NCBI RefSeq assembly: GCF_009914755.1
Contig: NC_060929.1
From: the human T2T-CHM13v2.0 reference genome, Homo sapiens
Length of the DNA: 64,000 bases
Reading direction: 5' to 3' (one strand)
Shown here one piece after another: positions 1 to 16,400 of the stretch. The position numbers and the translations under genes were made by a program. Below the pieces are notes generated by a model. That model saw only the letters and a list, made by a program, of their open reading frames with translations. It was not told the DNA's origin and did no database searches. Within the stretch, counting starts at the first letter, position 1; each line of letters starts with the position of its first letter.

Positions 1-454
1 TATTTGGGGTTATTATCTTCGCACAGATTCCCAGTTCTGGGATTAATAAGGCAAAAGCAGAATACTTTTGTTGATTTTTTTGGAAAAGCTTACACCAGTT
101 TATAGAACCCTAACAGAGGTAATAACATTCACTTTTTTTTCATCTTCCTTGTCAAAATTGGAAATACTTTGTCGTTTTTGCTAATTAAGTGAAGTCCCTT
201 TGCTGCTACAGTAATCTTCAGTACTTTGTTATTTTGTTCCCAAAGCACATTTATTGTAAAGCTTCTTGAAAGCTGGAACCAGGGAAGAACTGATGCACAA
301 AACAATTGCAACCAGCCAGGGAAGAACGCCTGAGACTGGGACATAATGCAGAAAAAGGAAAAGGCCAACTGAGTGAAAACAGAATGGGTTCAGGGTAGGG
401 AAGAGCTCTACAGGGGAGGTCACAGGGCTGGGACTGGAGAATAAGAATGAGAAC

Positions 455-1125
455 TCATAATTGTTGAACGCCTACTGTGTGCCAGCAACTATGCTAGATA
501 ATTCACATTATATTATTTAATCCTTGCAATAGTCCTGTATGCTAGTATACTGGGTTAAATAGTATCCTCTTAAGATTACATGTCTATCCAGAACCTCAGA
601 ATGTGAACCTATTTGGAAATAGAGTCTTTGTGGATGTAATTAGTTAAGATGTGACCACATTAGATTAGAGTGGACCATAAATCCAATGACTAATGTCCTT
701 ATAAAAGGCCATGTGAAGACACACACAAAGAAGATCATGTAATAATAGAGTTAGAGAGTGGACTGGTGCAGCTATAAACCTAGGAACCTCAAGAACTGCT
801 GGCAACTACCAGAAACTAGAAAGAGGCAGGAAAGGATCTTTCTCTAGAGCCTTCAAAAGGAGCAGGGTCCTGCTGACTGTTTGATTTTAGACTTCTAGCC
901 CCCAGAACTATGAAAGAATACATTTCTGTCATTTTAAGCCACCCAGTTGGTGATAATGTGTGATGGCATCCTTAGGAAACTAATACAACTAAGTATTTAG
1001 TCATGGTCTTCAAATGAAAATACACTTCAGAGAGACTCAATAACCTCTAAGGATATGTAAGTGGCAGAACCAGGATTCAAACTAAAGCAGCCTGACTCCA
1101 ACTGTGTTCTTTCTTTCACATTTTG
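455..1125 (-). mobile_element. MIR SINE relic split by an MLT1C LTR (pieces ~455-545 and ~988-1125)
   Basis: 'ttgttgaacgcctactgtgtgccag...tttaatccttgcaat' and 'gtaagtggcagaaccaggattcaaact...cagcctgactcca' match the reverse-complement MIR consensus in colinear order on either side of the LTR. Confidence 0.7.
546..987 (+). mobile_element. MaLR solo LTR, MLT1C-like
   Basis: Contains 'cagaacctcagaatgtgaacctatttggaaatagagtc', 'ctctagagccttca', 'ttttaagccacccagtt' and ends 'ggaaactaataca'. Length ~440 bp. Confidence 0.85.
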
Positions 1126-1849
1126 CTGTTTCATAGGAACCTTTGTAACCATAAAGCATTTACTGCCAATGTTCACAGCAAGTCAATACACTGAGACACC
1201 AGGTAGAGCAGAGAAAGAGGTTTAATCATAGGGCTACCAAACAAGGAAAGAGGAGGAAACTTCAAACATGTCGCCCCAGGGAGTTTAGGGCCAAGGATTT
1301 TAAAGGTTTTGGGGTGAACCAAAGGGTGGCAATCATTGATGAATCAGAATGCAGGGTGAAGTCAAGGGACAGAGAGATGAAGAAATTGCATTCTCCAGAT
1401 GATGGAGACCACCAGGATCAGTTCCTCTGTGGGGGTCTTCACTGGTTAGCATTTACTGTTCTGCTGGAATTTGTCACCAGAAAAACATCTTAATTCTTAA
1501 ACAAATGCCTTATAATTTTAACCTCAGAAATCCATCCTGTAGGAACAATGGGGATGCAAATGGTCAATATGTGACTTTTAGTTACAAGGAAGTGGACCAA
1601 AGTGCAGCCTGATTCATCTTTAATTTATTTTTAATTATACTTTACGTTCTAGGGTGCACGTGCACAACATGCAGGTTTGTTACATAGGTACACGTGTGCC
1701 AAGTTGGTTTGCTGCACCCATTAACTCGTCATTTACATTGTGCATTTCTCCTAATGCTATCCCTCCCCCAGCCCCTCATCCCCCAAATGGCCCCAGTGTG
1801 TGATGTTCACCGCTCTGTGTCCAGCTGTTCTCATTGTTCAATTCCCACC

Positions 1850-5630
<3,781 letters not shown>

Positions 5631-5679
5631 ATTATTTTGCCCATTAGTTAATGCAGCTTCTTCCTAGCATCTATGGTCT

Positions 5680-6700
5680 TTACAATTTGGAATATTTTTG
5701 CAGTGGCTGGTACCAGTTGTTCCTTTCTATGTTTAGTACTTCCTTCAGGAACTCTTGTAAGGCAGGCCTGATGGTGACAAAATCTCTCAGCATTTGCTTG
5801 TCTATAAAGGATTTTATTTCTCCTTCACTTATGAAGCTTAGATTGGTTGGATATGAAATTCTGGGTTGAAAATTCTTTTCTTTAAGAATGTTGAATATTG
5901 GCCCCCACTCTCTAACGGCTTGTAGAGTTTCTGCTGAGAGATCCGCTGTTAGTCTGATGGGCTTCCCTTTGTGGGTTACCCGACTTTTCTCTCTGGCTGC
6001 CCTTAACATTTTTTCCTCTTTTCAACCTTGGTGAATCTGACAATTATGCATCTTTGGGTTGCTCTTCTCAAGGAGTATCTTTGGGGTGTTCTCTGTATTT
6101 CCTGAATTTGAATGTTGGCCTGTCTTGCTAGGTTGGGGAAGTTCTCCTGGATAATATCCTGAAGAGTGTTTTCCAACTTAATTTCATTGTCCTGTCACTC
6201 AGGTACACCAATCAAATGTAGATTTTGTCCTTTCACATAGTCCCGTATTGCTTGGAGGCTTTGTTTGTTTCTTTTTACTCTTTTTTCTCTAATCTTCTTT
6301 TCTCACTTTATTTCATTAATTTGATCTTCAATCACTGGTACCCTTTCTTCCACTTGATCAAATCAGCTACTGAAGCTTCTGCATGTGTCACGTAGTTCTC
6401 ATGCCATGGTTTTCAGCTCTATCAGGTCATTTAAGGTCTTCTCTACACTGTTTATTCTAGTTAGCCTTTTATCTAATCTTTTTTCAAGGTTTTCAGCTTC
6501 CTTGCGATGGGTTTGAACATCTTCCTTTAGCTCGGAGAAGTTTGTTATTACCGACCTTCTGAAGCCTACTTCTGTCAACTTGTCAAAGTCATTCTCCATC
6601 CAGTTTTGTTCCCTTGCTGGCAAGGAGCAGCAGTCCTTTGGAGGAGAAGAGCTGCTCTGCATTTTTGGAATTCTCAGCTTTTCTGCTCTGGTTTCTCCCC
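5680..6700 (-). pseudogene. Disrupted L1 ORF1
   Basis: ORFs 6399-6662 (EQNWMENDFDKL) and 5680-6009 (MLRAAREK...GKPIRLTADLSAETLQA...NWYQPLQK). Confidence 0.92.
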
Positions 6701-7302
6701 ATCTTTGTGGTTTTATCTACCTTTGGTCTTTGATGTTGGTGACCTACAGATGGGGTTTTGGTGTGGATATCCTTTTTGTTGATGTTGATGCTATTCCTTT
6801 CAGTTTGTTAGTTTTCCTTCTAACAGTCAGGTCCCTCAGCTGCAGGTCTTTTGGAGTTTGCTGGAGGTCCATTCCAGACCCTGTTTGCCTGGATATCACC
6901 AGCGGAGGCTGCAGAACAACAAATATTGCAGAACAGCAAACATTGCTGCCTGATCCTTCCTCTGGAAGCTTCATCCCCGAGGGGCACCCACCTGTATGAG
7001 GTGTCAGTTGGCCCCTACTGGGAGGTGTCTCCCAGTTAGGCTACACAGGGGTCAGGGACCCACTTGAGGAGGAAGTCTGTCCATTCTCAAAACTCAAATG
7101 CCATCCTGGGAGAACCACTGCTCTCTTCAGAGCTGTCAGACAGGGACTTTTAAGTCTGCAGAAGTTTCTACTGCCTTTTGTTCAGCTATGCCCTGCATCC
7201 AGAGGTGGAGTCAACAGAGGAAGAAGGCCTTGCTGAGCTGCAGTGGGCTCCACCCAGTTCGAGCTTCCCAGGCTGCTTTGTTTACCTACTCAAGCCTCAG
7301 CA

Positions 7303-7470
7303 ATGGCAGATGCCCCTCCCCCTGCCAGGCTGCTGCCTTGCAGGTCGATCTCAGACTGCTGCGCTAGTAGTGAGCAAGGCTCTGTGGCTGTGGGACCCAC
7401 TGAGCCAGGTGCAGGATATAATCTCCTGGTGTGCCATTTGCTAAAACCATTGGAAAAGTGCAGTATTTAG
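7303..7470 (+). other. L1 antisense ORF0-like frame (55 aa, truncated)
   Basis: MADAPPPARLLPCRSISDCCASSEQGSVAVGPTEPGAGYNLLV resembles L1 ORF0 (MAGAPPPASLPPCSLISDCCASNQRDSVGVGPSEPG, recalled). Confidence 0.65.
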
Positions 7471-7794
7471 GCAGGAATGTCCCATTTTTCCAGGTACAGT
7501 CTGTCATGGCTTCCCTTGGCTAGGAAAGGGAAATCCCCCAACCTTTTGAGCTTCCCAGCTGAGGCGATGCCCCGCCCTGCTTCGGCTCATCCTCCATGGG
7601 CTGCACCCACTGTCAAACCAGTCCCAATGAGATGAACTAGGTACCTCAGTTGGTAATGCAGAAATCACCCATCTTCTGCGTTGATCACACTGGGAGCTGC
7701 AGACCAGAGCTGTTCCTATATGGCCATCTTGGAACAGACCCCTCATCCTTAATTGTAAAATTCTTAACTCTGTGAAGATGGATTCAGCTTTAGT

Positions 7795-7935
7795 TCTAAG
7801 CCTGATTTTGCCACCAATTCTCTGTGTGACCTTGAGAATTTCATGTAATCTCTTTTTGACCTTAGTTCCCTGTGTGTAAAACAAAATTACTTGATAAGGT
7901 GATTTCTGAGGTCCTTCTTCCTCTACAACATTCTG
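7795..7935 (+). mobile_element. MIR relic (MIRc/MIR3-like)
   Basis: 'ctgtgtgaccttgaga...ccttagttccctgtgtgtaaaa...gatttctgaggtccttc'. Confidence 0.6.
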
Positions 7936-8434
7936 CAGGCAATCCTGGGAGCACTCCTAAGGGGGGATGTTCAAGAACCCTGGAGAATCTTTGCTGGCAA
8001 CTCCATTCAAGGCATTTTCAATGCCTTACCTGCACCTACATAATTCAGGTCCACAATAGGTATGTGGAAAAAGACATAGAAGAAAGAAATAAGGCTTGAG
8101 ATCCTTAATATCATGGTGTCTAAATCTGCTGTTATCAAGGCTAGGTCATATCATATTAAAGAAATAACTTAAGATAAAATCACCATGCTCAGAGTGGAAT
8201 ACCCTGCAACCAAATTTTTCCCCTATACCTGACTTCAGTAACTGGTTTTGCCAATATAATGCCATTCCTACACCAAGATTCACAGTATGTCTTCATGCTG
8301 TGGTGGTTATAAACACCTCATACTGGACTTACTATGCCTTTATAAATTGTAAGTAAAGGCCAGCATGAATAATTTTACTTCCTCTGAATAAACCATTAAT
8401 AACATCTCTGTATTTTCAATGAGAAATAAAATAA

Positions 8435-9020
8435 TGGCAATAATAGCTTCCAATTACACAGTGTTTGTCATGCACCAGGTGATAAATAAGCACTATACAT
8501 ACTAATCTCATTCAAGCCTCAGAACTCTGGGCACTATAGTTGTTGCTATTATTCTCATTTTTTTCTGGAAACTATTTGAGAACCAAGAAGTTCAAAGTTA
8601 CTTATTCATTTAACATACATTTATTAAATATATCTATGTACCAGGTGCTAGGGATAAAAAGAACAAACATGACATAGTCACTCAATAATAACAATTTTGA
8701 TTAAATATATAACTACAGAGAGAAGAATCTGGAACAGTGTATCACAAAATGTTACGAGCTATGGATGACTTTTATTTTCTCTCTTATTCTTCCATTTTCC
8801 TACACGAATATTGATTACCTCTGTAATCACAAAAGAAAATAATTTTTTACAAGGCAACAGCTTCACCTTCAAGGGACTTGCAATATAATGAGGGAGCCAA
8901 TTTATCAACAACCATAACTTACTTGGTCTCATAGAGCTCATTAGCAATGAGGCCAGATTTGAACCTAGGGCTGTCAGAATTCCAAATTCCATTTTATCTT
9001 CCCCACCCCATACTGTCTCT
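8435..9020 (-). mobile_element. Cluster of MIR and L2 3'-end relics
   Basis: MIR-like segments at ~8435-8570 and ~8915-9020 ('gccagatttgaacctagg'). An L2 tail lies at ~8600-8690 ('ttcatttaacatacatttattaaat...gtaccaggtgctaggg'). Confidence 0.55.
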
Positions 9021-9648
9021 GGCAAAAATATTCATTTGCCTGGAGGTGTGCTTACATTTGTTTTCCTTTATTGAAGTTAAGTTATAGACGTCAGAGGGAA
9101 GTGCCAACAATGCAATCTGAAGGACTTGCCATTTATGGGCTCACTCAAGGCTGATGGTGGCCCTCTCTCTTTCCCTTCTCCACCCACAGATCTTCATCTC
9201 AAAGAAAATGTGGAGGTGGTGAGCAATTTATCTGATACCCTGGCCCCGTAAATAGGTGCTTCAGATGCAATTAAGAGCTTCTAAAATATTCATCACACAA
9301 ATTATATTTTACCTGCCCATCACTTAAATCCGAAATATGATACATATTCCTTAATGATAATTATATCATCCTAACCAGCCTAAGACTACAGCTGGCAGAA
9401 GAACGTTCAAAAGGAAATGCCAAACTCTTTCTCCTTCTCTAATTTCTTCACTTGCAAAACATATATTTATTGAGATCCTAATATGTCCAAATCTGTCTTT
9501 CTTAAATACTCACTAAGTCACAGGATGTGAGTTTTGATATATGTCCACCTATGTTTGATTTGCTTTCTGGTCCTACTGCAATAGACTCATGGGGATTTTC
9601 AGAATTATTTTGATTTTTCTAATTTATTAATGTTTTTAGTCTCCTGTC

Positions 9649-10157
9649 TGTTGGAAGCAGCCCCCCCAAAATCTGGCCATAAACTGGCCCCAAAACTGGC
9701 CATAAACAAAATCTCTGCAGCACTGTAACATGTTCATAATGGCCATAAAGCCCACGCTGGAAGGTTGTGGGTTTACCGGAATGAGGGCAAGGAACACCTG
9801 GCCCACCCAGGGCAGAAAACCGCTTAAAGGCATTCTTAAGTCACAAACAATAGCATGAGTGATCTGTGCCTTAAGGACATGCTCCTGCTGCAGTTAACTA
9901 GCCCAACCAATTCCTTTAATTCAGTCCATCCCTTCGTTTCCCATAAGGGATACTTTTAGTTAATTTAATATCTATAGAAACAATGCGAATCACTGGCTTG
10001 CTGTTAATAAATATGTGGGTAAATCTCTGTTCAGGGCTCTCAGCTCTGAAAGCTGTGAGACCCTTGATTTCCCACTTCACACCTCTATATTTCTGTGTGT
10101 GTGTAATTCCTCTAGCACCCCTGGGTTAGGGTCTCCCTGACCGAGCTGGTCTTGGCA
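9649..10157 (+). mobile_element. MER9 solo LTR (HERV-K9/HML-3)
   Basis: 509 bp, starting 'tgttggaagcagcccccccaaaatctggccataaactggcccc' and ending 'gagctggtcttggca'. Perfect 6-bp TSD cctgtc (9643-9648, 10158-10163), typical of betaretroviral integration. Confidence 0.92.
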
Positions 10158-10774
10158 CCTGTCTTAGAATCAGGTCAGAGGTTATGATGAATATGTCTAT
10201 ATTCCTGACAGTCCTTGTTATAGTACTAAGCACAGAGTGAGTAATGGATAAACGCTGACCAGCAGAGTAATTTATTGTTGTAATTAGGCTTAAGGGATCT
10301 TTTGCTAAATCTCAAAAATGATACAGAATCATCATTTGCCCATTATAAACTACGCAATGATTAACTCTTAATCTTACATTTATTCAGTGGAAAATTCTCC
10401 CAAATTCCCTGCTTTACCTTTCTGATATCTCTGCCATCTCCTTCCTCTGCTTGATGCAGAGTGGAATTCTTAACTGCTTAGTTTTTGTAAAAAGCAACTA
10501 AAGCATGGACAGGAAGCTGAGTCCATTTTGGACTATACTATTTCCCTGTCCTCCTGTAACATTTTTCTTTTCGTATTCAGTTCAGTTTCTGTGTAAAATA
10601 TTGTTTGACATTGAAACTCTGTCAATTAGGGTCATTTGCTGCTCAAAAATAAGAAGCAATGCAGGAGTCTAAGAAGGGCCCATGTAATTTAGAAGGTCAC
10701 AAAGTGACTTGAGCTCACATCATTACACCACAACATGACTCCCTCTGTACAATGAGTTCTTCCTTCTGCAGTCA

Positions 10775-10856
10775 CAAAAAAAAGGAAGGAAGGAAAGAAG
10801 AAAGGAAGGAAGGAAGGAAGGAAGGAAGGAAGGAAGGAAGGAAGGAAGGAAGGAGG
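10775..10856 (+). repeat. (GGAA)n microsatellite, 12 uninterrupted units at 10804-10851
   Basis: Read directly from the sequence. Confidence 0.97.
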
Positions 10857-11316
10857 GGCAAAAAGTAAAGATTATTAAAAAGGAGAGTAAAAGGAAAGAG
10901 AAGTATAAGAAAACAAAATGGGATTTTTTTGAATTCTGTCTCCAAATGGAGCTTTTCCCTGACCAAGGGATTAAGAAATTGGCAAATGGTAAACAGATTT
11001 GATTTTCTGGTATCTTCTGTTATCACCATGACTTCAGAGAGACAGCACATGCTGGGGAAATTGAGCAGGAACCCACGAAAACGGTTTTATTACTTTCCAT
11101 GAGGGATGTACTCAGGGTTATTTTTTCTATTCATAAATTGGATTATTTCAAATGTTAAATAACTTGGATGAAGAATAGAAATGACAGCCACTGGACAAAA
11201 TGATAGTATTGTGCTACTGGCTGAGACCAATGGTGAATGTAAACTAAAATATATTTTAAAGCAGCTATTTAAATCACAGTCATTTTCAAAGGCAAGCACT
11301 ACATTGAAATACACAT

Positions 11317-11977
<661 letters not shown>

Positions 11978-12477
11978 TAAAGCTCACATGTAGAATTTCA
12001 TATTTAAAAATGTCCTTCAGAGAATTCAGCTGAAAATAATGCTAAAGAGAGTTTGAGGTGATAGCATCTAAAAACCAAAGTCCGAAACAGAAACATACCT
12101 ACTGGCAGCCATGGCTTTTCCCCAGTCCATCTCAACCTATTCATTTCATGAGCAACTTTTCTCAATTCAGCTCATTTTTGCATGCCTCACACCCCTAACC
12201 CTCATCTGTTGCTATAAATCCTTATTGGCAGCCTCAAACCATAAATCTGCCCTAGGCTTGGGCCTTTTCTCCTTTAACGATGCCAGCCCCATCAAGCCTA
12301 TTGTCTAGTGCTAACATAATATCACCCTAATATTGAGTGTTACTCCCAAAATACTATATTCCAGACTCATAATTCTGCCCATTCAGGCTTCCAAATTATG
12401 TAAAATTAACTTATCATTGATTTATCATGTGTGAAATTTAAAAATCTTCTATGGTTGGAATTTCCTTAGCAAAAATG

Positions 12478-12722
12478 GTAATAGTAGCTAGCTAACTTTC
12501 ACTGAGTACTTAAGTGGTGTCAGAAGCAGTTCCTATGTATAATAATATCTCATTTTATCCTCACAAAACTCCATAAGGGTGACACTCATATTATGCCATA
12601 CTTTGCAATTATTCAAGGGCCTAGAGTAGCTAAGTGGCTGTTAGGACTGGCAAAGCTGAATTTCAAACGCAGTCAGCTGTCCTCTGGGGACCCACCTCTG
12701 ACTCACCATGTTAGACTGCCTT
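12478..12722 (-). mobile_element. MIR relic
   Basis: 'atctcattttatcctcacaaaactccataag...attatgccatactttgca...gctgaatttcaaacgcagtcagctg'. Confidence 0.65.
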
Positions 12723-13169
12723 GCATAACTGATAGACAGCTGAATAACCAACAAATTTCTGACACCAATGCAAGGCCTGACCACAGAAAGCAGTACATAG
12801 TAAGCAAATCAACTAAAAATGATTATTTTCCTAGCATTTTCTTTAAATTATACATTTTCCCCCTTTGAGTTATAAACTAATGAATTAATATACAACTTCA
12901 AAGAATGCCCCAATTATTTCTTTTCCAGGTCCCAATCAAAAAGTGTTACAAACTTCTAGAGCTTTATGAAAGGTATCATGAGGCCTCTCAATAATTGTTT
13001 TGAGAATACAATGATTTTCTACTAGCACTGATACATAGCCAGCAAAGTACAAAAGAGTTGATGCACTAGAGTGAGCTTTTAAAGCCATAAATCAGAGAGC
13101 CTCAGTTCCATGTTGGAAATTCACAAGGCTTCCCAGTCAGCAGAGATTGAAGCCCCCCACCACTATCCA

Positions 13170-13430
13170 GCCCCAGACACTGTCTTATTTCATTTCCTCC
13201 ACACTCTCCTCCCGCCCCAGGTCTTCCTTAGGTTACCTCTCGAACTTAATGCAAGTTTCTACTTAATCACTTTTTCTCATATCTCTCTCTCTACCTGAAA
13301 TTGTATTTTATGTTCACCTGTTTCCCTGTTTTTCTCTCCCTCCAGCATACTTCATGAGGTCTAACCCTTGATTCTTTTACTACAGTAACCCTAGGCCCTA
13401 ATAAATATCTGTTGACACAAAATAAATACA
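13170..13430 (+). mobile_element. L2 3'-end relic
   Basis: Pyrimidine-rich body ending 'ccctaataaatatctgttga'. Confidence 0.5.
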
Positions 13431-16400
13431 TATGGAATGTTTGACTCATTCAGGACCCAGAAATGTATAGAATACACTTTAGCTGATGATCTGGAGAAAA
13501 AATTCACTTTACCCTTGTATCCCCTTGCCCATCTCAATACGTTAGTGGTCAATTATATTCTAATTCCACACCAAGGGGCTAGAAGGTAAAAATCAAACCG
13601 TTCCCTTCCACTCTTGGTTATTTGGCTCCTTTCTTTTTCTGTAGTTGTCAGCACTTGGAAAATGACTTTCTTCCTTTAGGCCCAGCCAGGTTATAATAAC
13701 CTCAAATCTTGACATTTTTTTCACAGCAAAAGCCCTATGGAGTTGAAATGCTGAAAGAGCATTTCACACACACATGCACACACACATACACATGGTTACA
13801 CATGCAGTGAAAACCTGCTAGAAAACAACTACCCAGGGCACCAGGGTTAAGTAGAAGGAGACATCAGAAAATATATCACAATCCCATATGCTATCTTACA
13901 ACTGAAAAATAAGAACTGTGATTCCACAACAGATAAAATGAAAATGTCACTGCCATTAGAGAAATAATTTTTACCAAGCTGCACCTATCTGTCTTCAAAT
14001 CTAGTGCAAACCCAGAAAAAGCCACAGATGCAATCAATAGAACCACTCATGACAAAACTGGCAAGTAAAGGGAATGTGGTAGTTCCAAGAACTTACATAC
14101 CCAAGCCCTGCCTGAACATGTTCTAACAGTCAATGATAACTGCATATTCCAAACCCTGATTTTATCTTCAAGGAAACTTGTATTACCCATATAAATTGAG
14201 CTGGAAACTGTAAAATATAGATAATTGTAAAGATAAAGTTCTTAAAGTGTCTTAATTTCCACTTTCCCAGGCAACATGCGCTTTGTCTAGAAAACTTAGT
14301 GCCTCTCTCTCTCTTGCAGGTCATCTGGCACAGACTATTAAATGACTAGCACTTCCCGTTCTCAGGGTGATGTATCTGCTTCCTGATGGTGTTGGCTCTG
14401 ACTGTCTTCCTACTTCCACCCAGTGGCTCCAGCTGTGGCTGCCAAGAAAACCCCAGCTGATGGAGGATGAGAGGTGAAATCAGGACACACAAAGACCTGT
14501 TACCATCATCTTTCACCTGGATTCTCCTAAAGCAACAGCTGCTCATCTCATCACTCTGAGTTACTAATCCTTCTTTCTGAGACAAAAGCCCAAAAGGCAA
14601 ATGGGAAATGACTTGTCAGATGACATCACCAATAATTGAACATAAAGCAGACTCAAATTAGGACAAAATCTTTTGTATTTACTCAGTTTATATCAGTAAT
14701 ATGATTATCTCAAAGTTCTAACAAAGCAGTCTGCCACAAGGGGTAACAAAAAACATAGTCACTGATTTGTCCCAGAGCATCTCCAGCTGGGACAACTTAT
14801 TCTACCATCTCTGCTCTGCCCAGACGACCACACACATTGCCTTGCCTAGGGAAAGGGGCAGGGAAATGATGCAGGCTTTACTGTTGCCATTGACCCTTGC
14901 AGCTAATCCAAAGGGACATAAAAATCTCTCATTTCAGACTTTTATGACATAGCGTAGCCCTCCCTGGAGATAAGTAGGAACACTGGTCTCCCGTCCCCAC
15001 TTGCCCTTTGGGAAAGATCATCACATCAGCCAGGCAGAGAACAGCCCCAGCTGACCCAATGTACTTTCTCTTTAGCCTCTCAACCCTTCTTCCTTTGGTT
15101 GTTCATGACAACCTGAGTTTTCAGGGAATTTCAAATTGATGATGACAAGCTGTTTGTCCTGTCTCAATCTGCTGAAGATGTTTAAAATAAGGAGCTATAG
15201 TGAACAGAGAGTTGAAAAAAAAATTCTTTGGGGTGGATGACACATTGACCCAAACCATTCTGATCACACACAACTCTAAGCTCCTATTTGGTGGATGACA
15301 TTAAATGCTGAAAAGGTTTGGAGTGCACATATATTAGCTACTTTTCACAGCCTGTGTACAAAAAGTCCCATGCCCTACTCTGCCATACATGTTGACTGAC
15401 TAGCTTCATTAGCAAGGAAGAACAAAATAGTCAATGCAATCTTTTTCTGTGAGTTCAGTGAAGTCCTAGATCTCCTTTTGGTGTCAAACCATCACCTTCC
15501 ATGAAAGGTTTTTGTGAGGTGGACACAATTTTCAGAAGGTAGGGTCCAGGTTCTCTGACATTAGTGTTAACCTACTTGAAATCTTCCTACTTAATGGCTA
15601 GACACAGTATTACTTAGGAATTAAGCTTCAAGCAACATTCTTAAAGAACAGGTTATAGAATTTATTATTTGTTAGAATTTCTTTATGCAAAAGTGGGAAG
15701 TATCTTTAAAAATATTTTAGCCAAACTACATGTCTTGAATAACTTTAATGTTATCAATGTGAGCCTGTTTCTAGTATCCATCATGTTACCTAGCCACAAA
15801 TGTCACAAATTAAAGAAATATATCTGACATTCATTATGCTAACCAACTGTCTGGTGTTGATCCTCGTATGGATAGCTGAAATGCTTTTGGTAGCCAACTT
15901 GGGAAGATGGCTTTTCTGATATAATGCTTGCGATCCACCTATTCTCCCTTAGGGCACTTGACAATTTTAAGAGTCAAAGTGCTAGCTAACTAGAAATTAT
16001 ATAATATCACATTGTTCCAGGATGCAATATTTAAAATTAAATAACCTGCATCATAGCTAGATCTGGAAGAATAGAGTTTCAATCATCAATTGTTAGCAAG
16101 AATTATTTTTAAAGTAACTCAACTCTTCTCCTCATTCAGTTGTTAGACATGAAAGAAAGTAAGGTGAGAGCTCAGAGATTTCTGCCTTTGGCCCAAGGAG
16201 CAGAGCCTACAAAAATACATATATAAGGTCTTCTTGCTACTAGGGAGTGAGGTCAGAGCAATGAAATAGCATGGGTGTGTGCATGCATGCATGCTGTGTG
16301 TGTGTGTGTCCTTTGCCCAGAGGTAAATATTTTCTTTTGATTTTTATTGCGCTTTGTTCCCTGTATTGGTTGAGTTTAACTTCCAACCTCCACTCCACCC

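Noticed and set aside
129-423. Short ORFs at the window start
   Set aside because: No recognisable homology or splice structure, and the length is expected by chance.
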